The notes: generated by a model not told the origin, from the letters alone. DNA of 64,000 nucleotides from Candidatus Fermentibacteraceae bacterium (GCA_041750285.1 JBGSZS010000009.1:96001-160000); one strand, 5' to 3'. Counted from the first letter of the stretch, positions 9,940 to 19,748 are shown. A program made the numbers and translations.

Positions 9940-11415
9940 ATGGCACTACCAGGCACATTAGAGTTCGAGCGCGTAATTAAACGCACGAAGCTTACCCCCC
10001 TTGCGATCGAGGTTTTGAAAAGCCGTTTTCCCGACACCCCTGATCCGGTCAAGAAGTGGCTTCCATCAAAACCCCGGTGGGAAAGGGTTCTTCCCGATCT
10101 CGACGTCCTTTCCCACGAACTGATGGTGTTGAAGAGGCGCAGGGGCAAGATCGTACTTTACGGGCACGATGACATGGACGGGATCACAGGGCTCTTCGTG
10201 GGCCTGAAGATCCTTCGCAACGAGGGCTACACGGTTGTTCCCCTCATCCCCCGTCGTGAGATAGAGACCTACGGCATCCGCCCCGGCAGGCTCCAGGGCG
10301 TTCTTGAACCGGGTGACCTTCTTCTGACGGTTGACTACGGGTGCAGCGCGGTCGAAGGGGTTGCCTGGGCCAGACGGAACGGTTCAAGCGTCGTCATTAC
10401 CGACCACCACATGCTCAACCCGCCATTGCCCGACGCCAACGGAATAATCGACCCACAGCCCTCGGGCCCGCCCGCGGCCGACCTGGCAGGCTGCGCAGTG
10501 CTTTACGCTGCACTCACGTCCATCTTCCCCAGATACGAGAACGATCCCCAGCTCCTTGCGGCCACTGCCCTGGGAACCATCAGCGACAGGGTCCCCCTCT
10601 CCGAGTGGAACCGCTACCTTCTCCACTGCTTCTCGCTCATCCGGACAGATCATCTGACTGAAGGCCTGAAACTTCTGATGGAAGAGTGGCCCTGCCGCGA
10701 GGGCAACTGGACCGGATCCATGGTTCGCTCGCACATTACAAGCACGGTGGGAAAGGGCTGCAACTCGGGTATCTCTAACATGCTCGACTTCATGTTCAGC
10801 TACGATCGCCGCTGGTGCAAGACGCTCTGGAAACAGATGGTAAAAAGCAGCGAGGAGAGGGGCCAGCTTCTCAGCGAGCTTGTGGGCAGGTCAATGAACC
10901 TGAAGGATCCCGAGGCCGACGCGTTTGGCATGATAATGGTCTTCATGGACGACATCCCGCCGGGAATGGGGGGCACGCTGGCAAGCAGGCTCTGCAGGAT
11001 CCACCGCCGTGGCACGATAGTTGTCACGAGACGCGAGGACGGCATGCTCGTGGGAGACACCCGCTCCGTGGGGGACTGGAACATGGCCGGTTTCCTGGTT
11101 AGCATGAGGGACGCTTTCTCCAGCGCCGGCGGGCATTACAGGGCTGCGGGATTCAGCTACGAAAGCCCCGACTGGCTCGAACTCCGTGAACTGCTTCTCA
11201 GCCACATGGCCGAGTACCCGACATGCCCCGTTCCCCCTCCACACATTGATCTTTTCGTCGATGAACTGCCCGACCCCAGGGTCTTCACCTGCCTTGCCCC
11301 CTTCGGCCCTGGGTTCCTTCCCGTTGCCCTGAAAATCGGCACCATGCGTTACCTTCTTCAGCTTCAGCAGAACGGGCAGGCCACCTGGTGCATCACGGAG
11401 GACAGCGGGGAATGA
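9940..11415 (+). CDS. RecJ-like DHH/DHHA1 phosphoesterase (single-stranded DNA exonuclease family)
   Basis: YGHDDMDG, TVDYG, ITDHH, LAGCAV, ALGTISDRVPL, GGHYRAAGF, LAPFGPG; short C-terminus. Confidence 0.8.
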   Translation: MALPGTLEFERVIKRTKLTPLAIEVLKSRFPDTPDPVKKWLPSKPRWERVLPDLDVLSHELMVLKRRRGKIVLYGHDDMDGITGLFVGLKILRNEGYTVVPLIPRREIETYGIRPGRLQGVLEPGDLLLTVDYGCSAVEGVAWARRNGSSVVITDHHMLNPPLPDANGIIDPQPSGPPAADLAGCAVLYAALTSIFPRYENDPQLLAATALGTISDRVPLSEWNRYLLHCFSLIRTDHLTEGLKLLMEEWPCREGNWTGSMVRSHITSTVGKGCNSGISNMLDFMFSYDRRWCKTLWKQMVKSSEERGQLLSELVGRSMNLKDPEADAFGMIMVFMDDIPPGMGGTLASRLCRIHRRGTIVVTRREDGMLVGDTRSVGDWNMAGFLVSMRDAFSSAGGHYRAAGFSYESPDWLELRELLLSHMAEYPTCPVPPPHIDLFVDELPDPRVFTCLAPFGPGFLPVALKIGTMRYLLQLQQNGQATWCITEDSGE

Positions 11416-12362
11416 CGAGCATCGTCACCGGCGCCGCGGGATTCATAGGCAGCAGGCTCTGCGAAGGGCTTCTCTCCCGTGGTGAGAAGGTCCTTGGCAT
11501 CGACTGCCTCCGTGACTACTACGATGTTGCCCTGAAACGCAGGAATCTCAGCGGGCTTTCGCGCCACCGGAACTTCGGCTTCTCGCCGCACGACCTTTCC
11601 CTGTCCACCGCTTTCATCGATGACATCCTTCCACGGGAAGAACCCGTGGTGGTTTACCATCTGGCAGCCCAGGCTGGGGTCCGCAAGTCATGGGGGAGTG
11701 ATTTCTCGCAGTACACGCAGGACAACATAACAGCCTCCCAGAACCTTCTGGAGTGGGCCGTTCACAGGGGTTCCGTCGGGCACTTCGTATTCGCCTCATC
11801 CTCGTCGGTCTACGGTATCCCCTTGGAGATGCCCATGCGTGAGGATGTGACCGTTCCCGTCCCGCACTCACCCTACGGGGTGACCAAACTGGCGGCCGAG
11901 AACCTTGTCAGGCTCTACGGCAGCAATCACGGCCTGGTCTGGACGGCCCTTCGCCTCTTCAGCGTCTACGGCCCGGGGCAGCGTCCGGACATGGCTTTCA
12001 ACCGGTTCATGCGCAGCGCCATGGCGGGAGCCCCGATATCGCTCTACGGAAGCGGCGACCAGACCCGCGACTTCACCTTCGTGGACGACGTCACCCGCGC
12101 ACTGATACTTGCAGGCGGGTCACCGGGCGGTGTCGTGATGAACCTTGGCGGCGGTCTGAGGGTATCGGTGAACCGGGTGATCGGGATTCTGGAAGACATC
12201 CTGCATACCCGCATATCGGTGAACAGGCTGCCAGTGCCCCCCGGTGACGTGCACGACACATGGGCGGACACCGGGAGGGCCGAAAGGATACTGGGATGGC
12301 GCCCGGAACACACCCTGGAGGACGGCCTGGCCCGGGAGGCCGAGTGGCTAAGGTCGGTCTGA
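11412..12362 (+). CDS. NAD-dependent nucleotide-sugar epimerase (UDP-glucuronate 4-epimerase-like)
   Basis: TGAAGFIGS, HLAAQAGVR, ASSSSVYG, YGVTK, VYGPGQRPDMA, RDFTFVDD. Confidence 0.9.
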   Translation: MTSIVTGAAGFIGSRLCEGLLSRGEKVLGIDCLRDYYDVALKRRNLSGLSRHRNFGFSPHDLSLSTAFIDDILPREEPVVVYHLAAQAGVRKSWGSDFSQYTQDNITASQNLLEWAVHRGSVGHFVFASSSSVYGIPLEMPMREDVTVPVPHSPYGVTKLAAENLVRLYGSNHGLVWTALRLFSVYGPGQRPDMAFNRFMRSAMAGAPISLYGSGDQTRDFTFVDDVTRALILAGGSPGGVVMNLGGGLRVSVNRVIGILEDILHTRISVNRLPVPPGDVHDTWADTGRAERILGWRPEHTLEDGLAREAEWLRSV

Positions 12363-12746
12363 CCCGGCCAGAACCTGTACCTGCAGGTGAACCTCGTTGC
12401 TCCAGCTCGTAAGGTTGTCATCGTTCTCGGTCTGGACGGCGTAGTACCAGTGACCCGCGGAAAGACCGGGATCCGAAAAGCTTCTTTTCGTGATGTCTTC
12501 GGTGGAAAGAAGGATGGTAGCCTGATCGGGGTTCTGCTGTATTCCCGACGAGCCCGACCTGTACAGCCTGTACCTGAGGAAATTGGTGTCCGGGCACTGG
12601 GTCCAGTTGAGTTCTGCGGTGTTGCCGCCCGTGATCCTGCCGCTAAGTGCCGAAGGCCCCGGGGGAACCGGGGGCTCGGTGGGGTTACCCTGCTGGCACG
12701 AGACCAGAAGCATGACCAGAGCAGTCACAGCAGCCAGTTTTCTCAT
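12348..12746 (-). CDS. Small lipoprotein with a fibronectin type III-like domain
   Basis: Lipobox LLVS-C; LNWTQC..YRLYRS..FSDPGL..WYYAV..SWSNEV. Confidence 0.7.
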   Translation of the reverse strand: MRKLAAVTALVMLLVSCQQGNPTEPPVPPGPSALSGRITGGNTAELNWTQCPDTNFLRYRLYRSGSSGIQQNPDQATILLSTEDITKRSFSDPGLSAGHWYYAVQTENDDNLTSWSNEVHLQVQVLAGSDRP

Positions 12747-12771
12747 GGCGCCACCTTCCCCCGGTTAATGT

Positions 12772-14349
12772 CTATTCCGCAATGTCGTCGAGGTTCCTGG
12801 GTTCGAGCTTGAAGCTGCCGAAGGAATACCAGACCACGCCGATCATTGATTCAAAGGTTTGCCCCTGCGCAACGGTGAACCCGTAGATGCCCATGTCATC
12901 AATGACACATGTTCCGGACCCGTCGGTCACGCTGAACTCGCCATAGCCCAGGTCGGGGTTCACGACCGTCAGGTCGGTTATCACCGCAAGTACGCTCTCC
13001 CACTTCTCCTGGGAGAGGGTGCCCGTGGCGAGCGCCCGGGGCTCAGGAACGGGGTGCCCGGGTTCACGAAAATCAACCGATGGGTACGTTATCTCGGTGA
13101 GGCCGTTGAATTCGGCGACCGTGCCGGTTATGACAACGCTGTCCCCCCGGGACAGGTCGTCCAGTACTCCGTCGTAGCCGTATATCACAAGGCCGCTCCA
13201 CTCCACTCCGTCGGGGTCCTGAATGACGGCGTACTGCGCGCTTCCCGACGCGTAGTATTCGTCGCCCCCGACAGTGACTATGCCCGTCACGCTGACGGTC
13301 TGACCCACGTAGGGTGAGCTTTCGGCCTGACCCTGAACCTGGTAGCATGACAGAACATCGCCGCCGCCCCCGCCCCCGCTCGAGGAAAAGTCCTGATCGT
13401 CGCGGGGCTGGATGCGCCACTGGTCGTACTCATAGAAGAGGGGACCAGCGGCGGACACGGTGTCGCCCACCGAAGGTTCGGCGTAGTCTCCCCGGTTGCC
13501 CAGGTAACAGGCGCCGCTGCCGTCGTTGATCCGGTAGCTGTACTGGGTCGCCTCCTCGACCACGGCATCGGTGACCGATACGACAACGCCCTCCCACTGC
13601 TCATCGTTCACCTGGTCGGTGGTGAGGCTTTCAGGCTGGGGAAGGGCGAGCCCTGTCTTGTGCACCGTTATGTCTTCAAGGTATGTGAGCTCGGTGAGTC
13701 CGTAGTACTCGCTGACCTCGCCGCTGACACTCACGCTGTCACCCCGGGAGAGGGATCCGGCCTGGTCGCCGAAGAGAACGAGGCCGCTCCACGGGCCGCC
13801 GCCAGCGTCGGAAAGAACCGCGTAGCCGCCGTACAGTTCACCGCCGCCGCTGGTTACGATGCCTGTGACCCTAACTTCCTGTCCCTGGTAGGGAGAGGCT
13901 TCGGACTGGCCCTGTACCTGGTAGCACGACAGTTCACCGCCGCCGCCCCCCCCGCTGGAGTCGGGGATCGATGCCGGAGCCTCGTTGCTCCATGCCGTCA
14001 GGGACTCTGTGTCAGTGGTCCTGACGGCGTAGTACCAGTCCGAGTTCCAGGGAAGCCCCTGATCGCTTACGGTGACGGTCCCTGACTGGCTGATCACGGC
14101 AACGATGGTCGCTGCGGAAGGGTTCTGGGCAATGCCCGCCGTTGCGGACCGGAACACCGTGTAATCGGCGAAATCCGCGTTGGGGCATGGGCTCCAGTTC
14201 AGTGTGACGGTGTTTCCCGCAACCGTTGCGGAAAGGGTTGAAGCCGTGGGAGGAGTTCCGGTTCCCGCCGGGTTGGTTTCGTCATCGCCGCAGGCGGTGA
14301 AGCAAAGAGTGGCGAAGAGGAGACACAAGAAAAGGTTTCCGGTTTTCAA
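12772..14349 (-). CDS. Lipoprotein with an FN3-like domain and two tandem YhcR/ExeM-type OB-fold modules
   Basis: Lipobox CFTA-C; two copies of LSCYQVQGQ..SPY.GQ.V.VTGIVT...WSGLV...RGDSV...E..GLTE...PR..D joined by poly-Gly linkers. Confidence 0.75.
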   Translation of the reverse strand: MKTGNLFLCLLFATLCFTACGDDETNPAGTGTPPTASTLSATVAGNTVTLNWSPCPNADFADYTVFRSATAGIAQNPSAATIVAVISQSGTVTVSDQGLPWNSDWYYAVRTTDTESLTAWSNEAPASIPDSSGGGGGGELSCYQVQGQSEASPYQGQEVRVTGIVTSGGGELYGGYAVLSDAGGGPWSGLVLFGDQAGSLSRGDSVSVSGEVSEYYGLTELTYLEDITVHKTGLALPQPESLTTDQVNDEQWEGVVVSVTDAVVEEATQYSYRINDGSGACYLGNRGDYAEPSVGDTVSAAGPLFYEYDQWRIQPRDDQDFSSSGGGGGGDVLSCYQVQGQAESSPYVGQTVSVTGIVTVGGDEYYASGSAQYAVIQDPDGVEWSGLVIYGYDGVLDDLSRGDSVVITGTVAEFNGLTEITYPSVDFREPGHPVPEPRALATGTLSQEKWESVLAVITDLTVVNPDLGYGEFSVTDGSGTCVIDDMGIYGFTVAQGQTFESMIGVVWYSFGSFKLEPRNLDDIAE

Positions 14350-14351
14350 GA

Positions 14352-15062
14352 TCAGTTCCTCCATGCTATGGGAAAGTCGACCGCAAGGACCCGATAACGA
14401 AGGTCGGGACCTTCGGACCCGGGTTCCATCACATTGAGAACGACGATGAGTATGTTTCCGTTAAGGCGGATTATCTTTGATATCCTGTACGCGAACGACT
14501 GACTGTACTCTTCCGGGGCTTCGGTCTCACGGTAGACCAGCGCCCGCGAGCGTCCGTCGGTCATGATCAGCCTGGGCAGAACCGGCTCGGGCAGCCAGTC
14601 CGATGTGCTCCCGCCCGCGCCTGAGGGAATCTGCTCAAGGATCATGGTGTAGGTTAGCGCGGGGTACCACGTGTAGTGCGGCTCCATGCAGAACACGACG
14701 GTGTCGGGAGAAACGCCGGCATCGGTGATCTTGTGGTCGAGAAGTACCTGTCCGCCGTACTGGCTGAATATTCCGAACCGTTCGAGGCTGCCCCCGGCCA
14801 GCGACAGCGCGCTGTCAGCCGCGATTTCCTCGTGGCTTGAGGCATCGGATATCAGCACGGTATGCCTTTCGAGGACCCTGTAGGGAGAGGTTGTGAACAG
14901 CTCGACCATTGACCAGGGAAAACCGCTTTCGGCCTGAACCCCGGATGACATCCAGGCTGCATGGGTTCTGCCCCTGGATGCCCCCAGATACCTGAAAGAG
15001 GCGGAATCCGTTGACCAGACCGTCGACGCGATAAAAAGGGCGCAGAACAGAACTTTCATCAT
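14352..15062 (-). CDS. Secreted protein, DUF2259-like
   Basis: GGAGG RBS; signal peptide; SFRYLGAS...GVQAESGFPWS pattern. Confidence 0.6.
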   Translation of the reverse strand: MMKVLFCALFIASTVWSTDSASFRYLGASRGRTHAAWMSSGVQAESGFPWSMVELFTTSPYRVLERHTVLISDASSHEEIAADSALSLAGGSLERFGIFSQYGGQVLLDHKITDAGVSPDTVVFCMEPHYTWYPALTYTMILEQIPSGAGGSTSDWLPEPVLPRLIMTDGRSRALVYRETEAPEEYSQSFAYRISKIIRLNGNILIVVLNVMEPGSEGPDLRYRVLAVDFPIAWRN

Positions 15063-15135
15063 CCCTCCCCGGTTGTCCGCAACCGGCAATATGCTATGAT
15101 AATGCAACTCGGCGTATCCATGGAGAGGGGTCCGG

Positions 15136-15732
15136 ATGAGCGTTATTCCCGCTATCAGGGAACCGGCCAGCATAGCGCCTTTTTTCAAGGCCCTCGCCCA
15201 GACGACCGTTCCCGGCAGAGTCGATTCCAATTTCATGGCAGGCATTGGCTTTAGAAGGCAGTCCGATGTCGGTCTGCTCGAGCTCCTTCACTACCTCGGA
15301 TTCATGGACAGTTCGTTCCATCCCACCGATGTCTGGAGGAGATACTTCTCGGCGCCCGACGAAGAGGCAAAGCTTCTCATCTTGGGCAAAGCCGTGGGGG
15401 AGAAGTATTCCGAAGCACTCCGAAGAGGCGGAAGCGACGGCGCATCCCGTCTTAACGGAAAAGCCGTCATGGCGTACTTCAAGGCGGAAACGGGCGCCAG
15501 CGAAACCGAGACGGCCTACATGGTCCTCACACTGCAGATACTCTCGGACCTGACCCGGCTCTCGGGTCCCCCTCCTGAGACTGATGGTTTGCCCGCCCCC
15601 CCCGGCGACTCACCGGTCCCTGTTGAGGGAAAGCCCGTGACGATAACGCTTAACATCACGCTTGACCCTTCGTCAGACCCTGACCTGACCGCCCTTCTGA
15701 GAAGGATCCTGGAGAGAAACACGTTGGCATGA
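15136..15732 (+). CDS. DUF5343-like protein
   Basis: VPGRVDSNFMAGIGFR..SD..LL.LL.YLGFMD...PT..WRRY pattern; C-terminal ITLNITL segment. Confidence 0.6.
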   Translation: MSVIPAIREPASIAPFFKALAQTTVPGRVDSNFMAGIGFRRQSDVGLLELLHYLGFMDSSFHPTDVWRRYFSAPDEEAKLLILGKAVGEKYSEALRRGGSDGASRLNGKAVMAYFKAETGASETETAYMVLTLQILSDLTRLSGPPPETDGLPAPPGDSPVPVEGKPVTITLNITLDPSSDPDLTALLRRILERNTLA

Positions 15733-16541
15733 ACCTTCCGCAGGCCGTTCCGGTCTTCCTGCTGGCCTTTGTATGCGAATTCATAGACAGCACCCTGGGC
15801 ATGGGGTACGGCACCACCCTCACGCCGGTGCTTCTTCTGATGGGGTTCAGCCCTGTGCAGATCGTTCCGGCGGTGCTTCTTTCCGAACTCGTCACCGGCG
15901 GAATGGCGGCCTTCATGCATCACAGGGCGGGAAACGCCTTTTTTGACTTCAGGAATACGCCGGAACACCGGATCGTTAAAAGAATGGGCTCGCTGGGGTA
16001 CATCCCAAGGTCACCCGACGCCCGGATCGCCTGGGTCCTCGGGATCTCGAGCCTTGTTGGGGCAGTCGGGGCGGCATTTCTTGCAATTTCCATCCCGGCG
16101 TTCCATCTCAAGCTGTCCATCGGGCTCATCGTGACTGCCATGGGCATTCTCATCCTCGCGAGACGAGGCAGCGTACCCCGTTTCAGCTGGAAACGCATAA
16201 CCGGCCTCGGGGTTGCTGCGGCTTTCAACAAGGGTCTTTCCGGGGGAGGGTACGGCCCGCTGGTCACCAGCGGACAGATCCTGAGCGGAGTAGCAACGAA
16301 AAGCGCGGTGGCTATCACGAGCATGGCGGAGAGCTTCACGTGTCTGGTGGCGGTTCTTGCTTACCTTGCAGCCGGAGTGGACATTGACTGGGCTGCAGCT
16401 CCGGCCCTTACGCTGGGCGCGGTCTGCAGTGTGCCACTGAGCGCCTTTGCGGTAAAACGCATGAAGATCGGCAACTTCACGCTCATCGTGGGTGCAGCCA
16501 CCCTCATCCTGGGGTTGTTCACGCTTTACAGGCTTTGCTAG
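15729..16541 (+). CDS. Sulfite exporter TauE/SafE (TSUP) family transporter
   Basis: EFIDSTLGMGYGTTLTPVL, FNKGLSGGGYGP; about eight TM segments. Confidence 0.85.
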   Translation: MNLPQAVPVFLLAFVCEFIDSTLGMGYGTTLTPVLLLMGFSPVQIVPAVLLSELVTGGMAAFMHHRAGNAFFDFRNTPEHRIVKRMGSLGYIPRSPDARIAWVLGISSLVGAVGAAFLAISIPAFHLKLSIGLIVTAMGILILARRGSVPRFSWKRITGLGVAAAFNKGLSGGGYGPLVTSGQILSGVATKSAVAITSMAESFTCLVAVLAYLAAGVDIDWAAAPALTLGAVCSVPLSAFAVKRMKIGNFTLIVGAATLILGLFTLYRLC

Positions 16542-19500
16542 GGAAACACCTCGGACATGAGCTTCTTGAGGGTTTCATATGTGAACGGCTTCTGAAGGAA
16601 ACCCGCGATCCCCTTCCCCTCGAACCTTGCAACCACGTCCTCGCTGCTGAAGCCGCTCATGAGAACGACCTTCGCGCTGGGATCCATGCGGTTCAACTCG
16701 GTGCATGCCTCGAGTCCGTCCATCCTGGGCATTGTGAGGTCGAGGATGACCCCCCGGAAACCGTCCCTGCTCTCCCTGTAGGTCTCCACCGCTTCACGGC
16801 CGTCCGAGGCGGTCACGACATGAAAACCCAGCGCCGAGAGCATCCTTACGCCGAGCACCCTCAGTTCCTCCTCGTCATCGACAAGCAGCAGCGAACCTTG
16901 GCCTTTCCACAAGTCTTGCGGGGGGGCTTCGGCTTCCTTGGCCGGCGCTTCCTGAACCGGGCTCAGCGGGGGAAACAACACCTTCACGACGGTTCCCTCA
17001 CCGGGGGTGCTTTCGACAAGAATGCCCGCACCGTGCCCCCGGATTATCCCGAGTACCGCCACCAGACCAAGGCCACGGCCCGTAAACTTGGTCGTGAAGA
17101 AGGGTTCGAACACCCGGGCCTTGGCCTCGCTGTCCATTCCGCAGCCGTTGTCGGCCACCTCGAGCATCACGTAATCACCCGGACGCGCAGCGACGCTGAA
17201 CCGGTAGCCTGAAAGCTCATCTTCCGAAAGTTTTGCCGGACCGACCCCGACCCTTATCCACCCGGGGTTACCCATCAGGGCCTCCGATGCGTTGATGATC
17301 AGGTTCATCACGACCTGACGCAACTGGGCCGGGTCACCCAGAACTGCCGGGATTTCCTGCGAAATGTCCAGACGCAGATCCGCCTTCTTCGATACAGTCG
17401 TTCCGAGAAGGTGCGTAAGTTCCTTCACCAGCACCGAAAGGTCCACCCTCTCCTTCGAGAAGGTTGCCATCCCCGAATATGCCAGCATCTGGCGGCAGAG
17501 TTCGGACGCCCTCCGGGCTGCCAGCTCGATGTGCTGAATGCTCTCACCCGCAGTTGAGTCGTCCGGCAATGCGGCCGCGGCAAGCTGGGCGTTGCCAAGG
17601 ATTATCATGAGGATGTTGTTGAAGTCGTGGGCGATGCCGCCCGCAAGAACACCGAGGCTCTCGAGCTTCTGAGTCTGGCTGATCTGCCTTTCGAGCTTCA
17701 GTCTTTCCTCATCGGCCGCCTTCCTGTCGGAGATGTCGCGGACCGTGACTATGAACCGGGGCTTTCCCACGATCTCAGCGTATGTGGCGTTGATCTCGAC
17801 CCAGAAACTCCTTCCAGACTTGTGCCGGGCTTTCCACTCGAAGACCTGTGGGCCGTCGTGCCTCGACCTTTCAAGGTGTCCGACGATACCGTGCCTGTCG
17901 TGAAACGGTTCGTCCACGCTGAACCCGGCGATGTGTCCGTGTATCAATTCTTCCCTGGTGTAGCCGTACATGCGGCACACGGTGTCGTTCACGTCCAGTA
18001 TCTCCATGGAGTCGGCATCGTTCACTATGACGCCATCGTTCATTGAGTGAAAAAGGGCGTTGTTGTACTCGTCCTTTTCAAGAAGGCTTTGGGCGGCAAG
18101 TCTGGTGCCCGTCACGTCCAGCGCGGTGAAGGTGACACCCCTTGACGGATCGGAGGGGTCGATGGGAGTGGAACTGAGCATGACGTCTATCACCGCGCCG
18201 TCCTTGCGCCTGAATCGGGTCTGCAGGGTACCCGTGCCTTTTTCGGCGATCTGTCTGTACTTCTCAACTCCCACGTAAACGAACTCATCATCGTCCGGGT
18301 AGAGAATCCTTGCGCTCGATCCGACAAGCTCCTGACGGGAATACCCTGTCAGGTCGCACAAGGTGGGGTTCACTTCGAGCAGGACCCTGTCGGCCACAAT
18401 CCCGATGCCTATTGGAGCAGCCCTGAAAATGCTCCGAAGGTAGTTCTCCCCCTCTCTGAGCTCCTCTTCGAGCTTCTTCCGCCTGGTGATGTCGATGTTG
18501 AACTCGGCAACGAGCCTTCTGCCGTAGGAATCCCGGAAGGGTATGGTGTGGACCTCGACAACCCTGTTGTTCTCCGAAAGGAGGACCTGCTCGGCGATCT
18601 GGGTCTCACCGGTCTCGAGGGCCCTGGGAATGCCGCAGTTCTCACAGGGGGCGTCGATCCCCATGAAGTAGGAGTAGCACTTGACTCCCGAGGGGTCGCC
18701 GTGAACTTTCCTCCACCCCGGGTCCACATAGACCAGGTTGAAGCCGTCGTCGATGATGTCTATGCGGGTGTTCGTTATCTCCATGATCGTGGAAAGCCTT
18801 GAATGGGCTTCGTTGAGTTCGTTCGCGGCAGCCTTGCGCTCGGTGATGTCGAGAAGTGTCACCAGTGCCACGGGCTGACCCATGTGGCCGATCCTTGCGG
18901 TCGAGAACAGCAGGGTAAGCGGCTTGCGGACCCCCTCCACTTCGAAGGGAAGCACGGCTTCCATCTGATAGTGGCTGCCCCCGGTATCAAGAGTCTCAAG
19001 AACGCAGCCCATGACCGGACAGTCTGCACATGGGGAGCCCTGTCCTCGACCCGCATCATCCGGGGCGTCGAGACAGCCTATGGCCTTGCAGAACGCGTGG
19101 CCCGTCATCTCTGAGGTGGGCTTCCCCGTGAACTCGCAGACGGCACCGTTGACCTGCAGTATCGTTCCTTCCCCGTCCACCAGGAGAATGAGGACCGGAG
19201 CGTTCTGATAGACGGCGGCAAGGAGCGTTTCCGCCCCACGGTGATCAACCGCCTTCCTGCTTGTTGAAAGGGCCAGGGAAAGGTCGAGGGCAACGTGCCC
19301 GAGGATGCTCCCGGCTTCCCCGCAGTCACCCCGGCAGCGGACGAATACCCCACCCGTGATCGAAGCCCCGTCCTGAAGCCGGTGACCGGTCCAGCCATCC
19401 GAGATGACGGCACCCGGAGATTCAAGGGTTTTCCGCACAAAGGAGGGAAGTTCGCCGGCGGTGATGCCTTCGAGGATGGACTTTTCGGACCGTGATGAGC

Positions 19501-19666
19501 GGATGATTACTGGACGCCCGTTGTCGCCGTTCAGGAATGCGAAGGCGCTGCGGAACGCTCCCTCAGAGGTGAGAATGGTACAGGTCTTCTCGAGGAGTTC
19601 TTCGGGAGTGCCCCCGCGAAGCAACACGCTTCCAACTTCAAGTGCCGCCCAAAGCGCCCCGTTCAT
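16538..19666 (-). CDS. Hybrid multi-PAS sensor histidine kinase/response regulator
   Basis: Four PAS/PAC repeats; H-box GGIAHDFNN; QVVMNLIINA, DNGCGM, FEPFFTTKFTGRGLGL; REC domain LLVDDE..DLTMPRMDG..KPF. Confidence 0.92.
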   Translation of the reverse strand: MNGALWAALEVGSVLLRGGTPEELLEKTCTILTSEGAFRSAFAFLNGDNGRPVIIRSSRSEKSILEGITAGELPSFVRKTLESPGAVISDGWTGHRLQDGASITGGVFVRCRGDCGEAGSILGHVALDLSLALSTSRKAVDHRGAETLLAAVYQNAPVLILLVDGEGTILQVNGAVCEFTGKPTSEMTGHAFCKAIGCLDAPDDAGRGQGSPCADCPVMGCVLETLDTGGSHYQMEAVLPFEVEGVRKPLTLLFSTARIGHMGQPVALVTLLDITERKAAANELNEAHSRLSTIMEITNTRIDIIDDGFNLVYVDPGWRKVHGDPSGVKCYSYFMGIDAPCENCGIPRALETGETQIAEQVLLSENNRVVEVHTIPFRDSYGRRLVAEFNIDITRRKKLEEELREGENYLRSIFRAAPIGIGIVADRVLLEVNPTLCDLTGYSRQELVGSSARILYPDDDEFVYVGVEKYRQIAEKGTGTLQTRFRRKDGAVIDVMLSSTPIDPSDPSRGVTFTALDVTGTRLAAQSLLEKDEYNNALFHSMNDGVIVNDADSMEILDVNDTVCRMYGYTREELIHGHIAGFSVDEPFHDRHGIVGHLERSRHDGPQVFEWKARHKSGRSFWVEINATYAEIVGKPRFIVTVRDISDRKAADEERLKLERQISQTQKLESLGVLAGGIAHDFNNILMIILGNAQLAAAALPDDSTAGESIQHIELAARRASELCRQMLAYSGMATFSKERVDLSVLVKELTHLLGTTVSKKADLRLDISQEIPAVLGDPAQLRQVVMNLIINASEALMGNPGWIRVGVGPAKLSEDELSGYRFSVAARPGDYVMLEVADNGCGMDSEAKARVFEPFFTTKFTGRGLGLVAVLGIIRGHGAGILVESTPGEGTVVKVLFPPLSPVQEAPAKEAEAPPQDLWKGQGSLLLVDDEEELRVLGVRMLSALGFHVVTASDGREAVETYRESRDGFRGVILDLTMPRMDGLEACTELNRMDPSAKVVLMSGFSSEDVVARFEGKGIAGFLQKPFTYETLKKLMSEVFP

Positions 19667-19748
19667 GGCACGCCCTTCAGTCGGTTGCCCTCAGAAGAAA
19701 TAGCTGCCGGAGCGAAATATAGGACGCCCGGACCGAGTGGGCCAGCTC

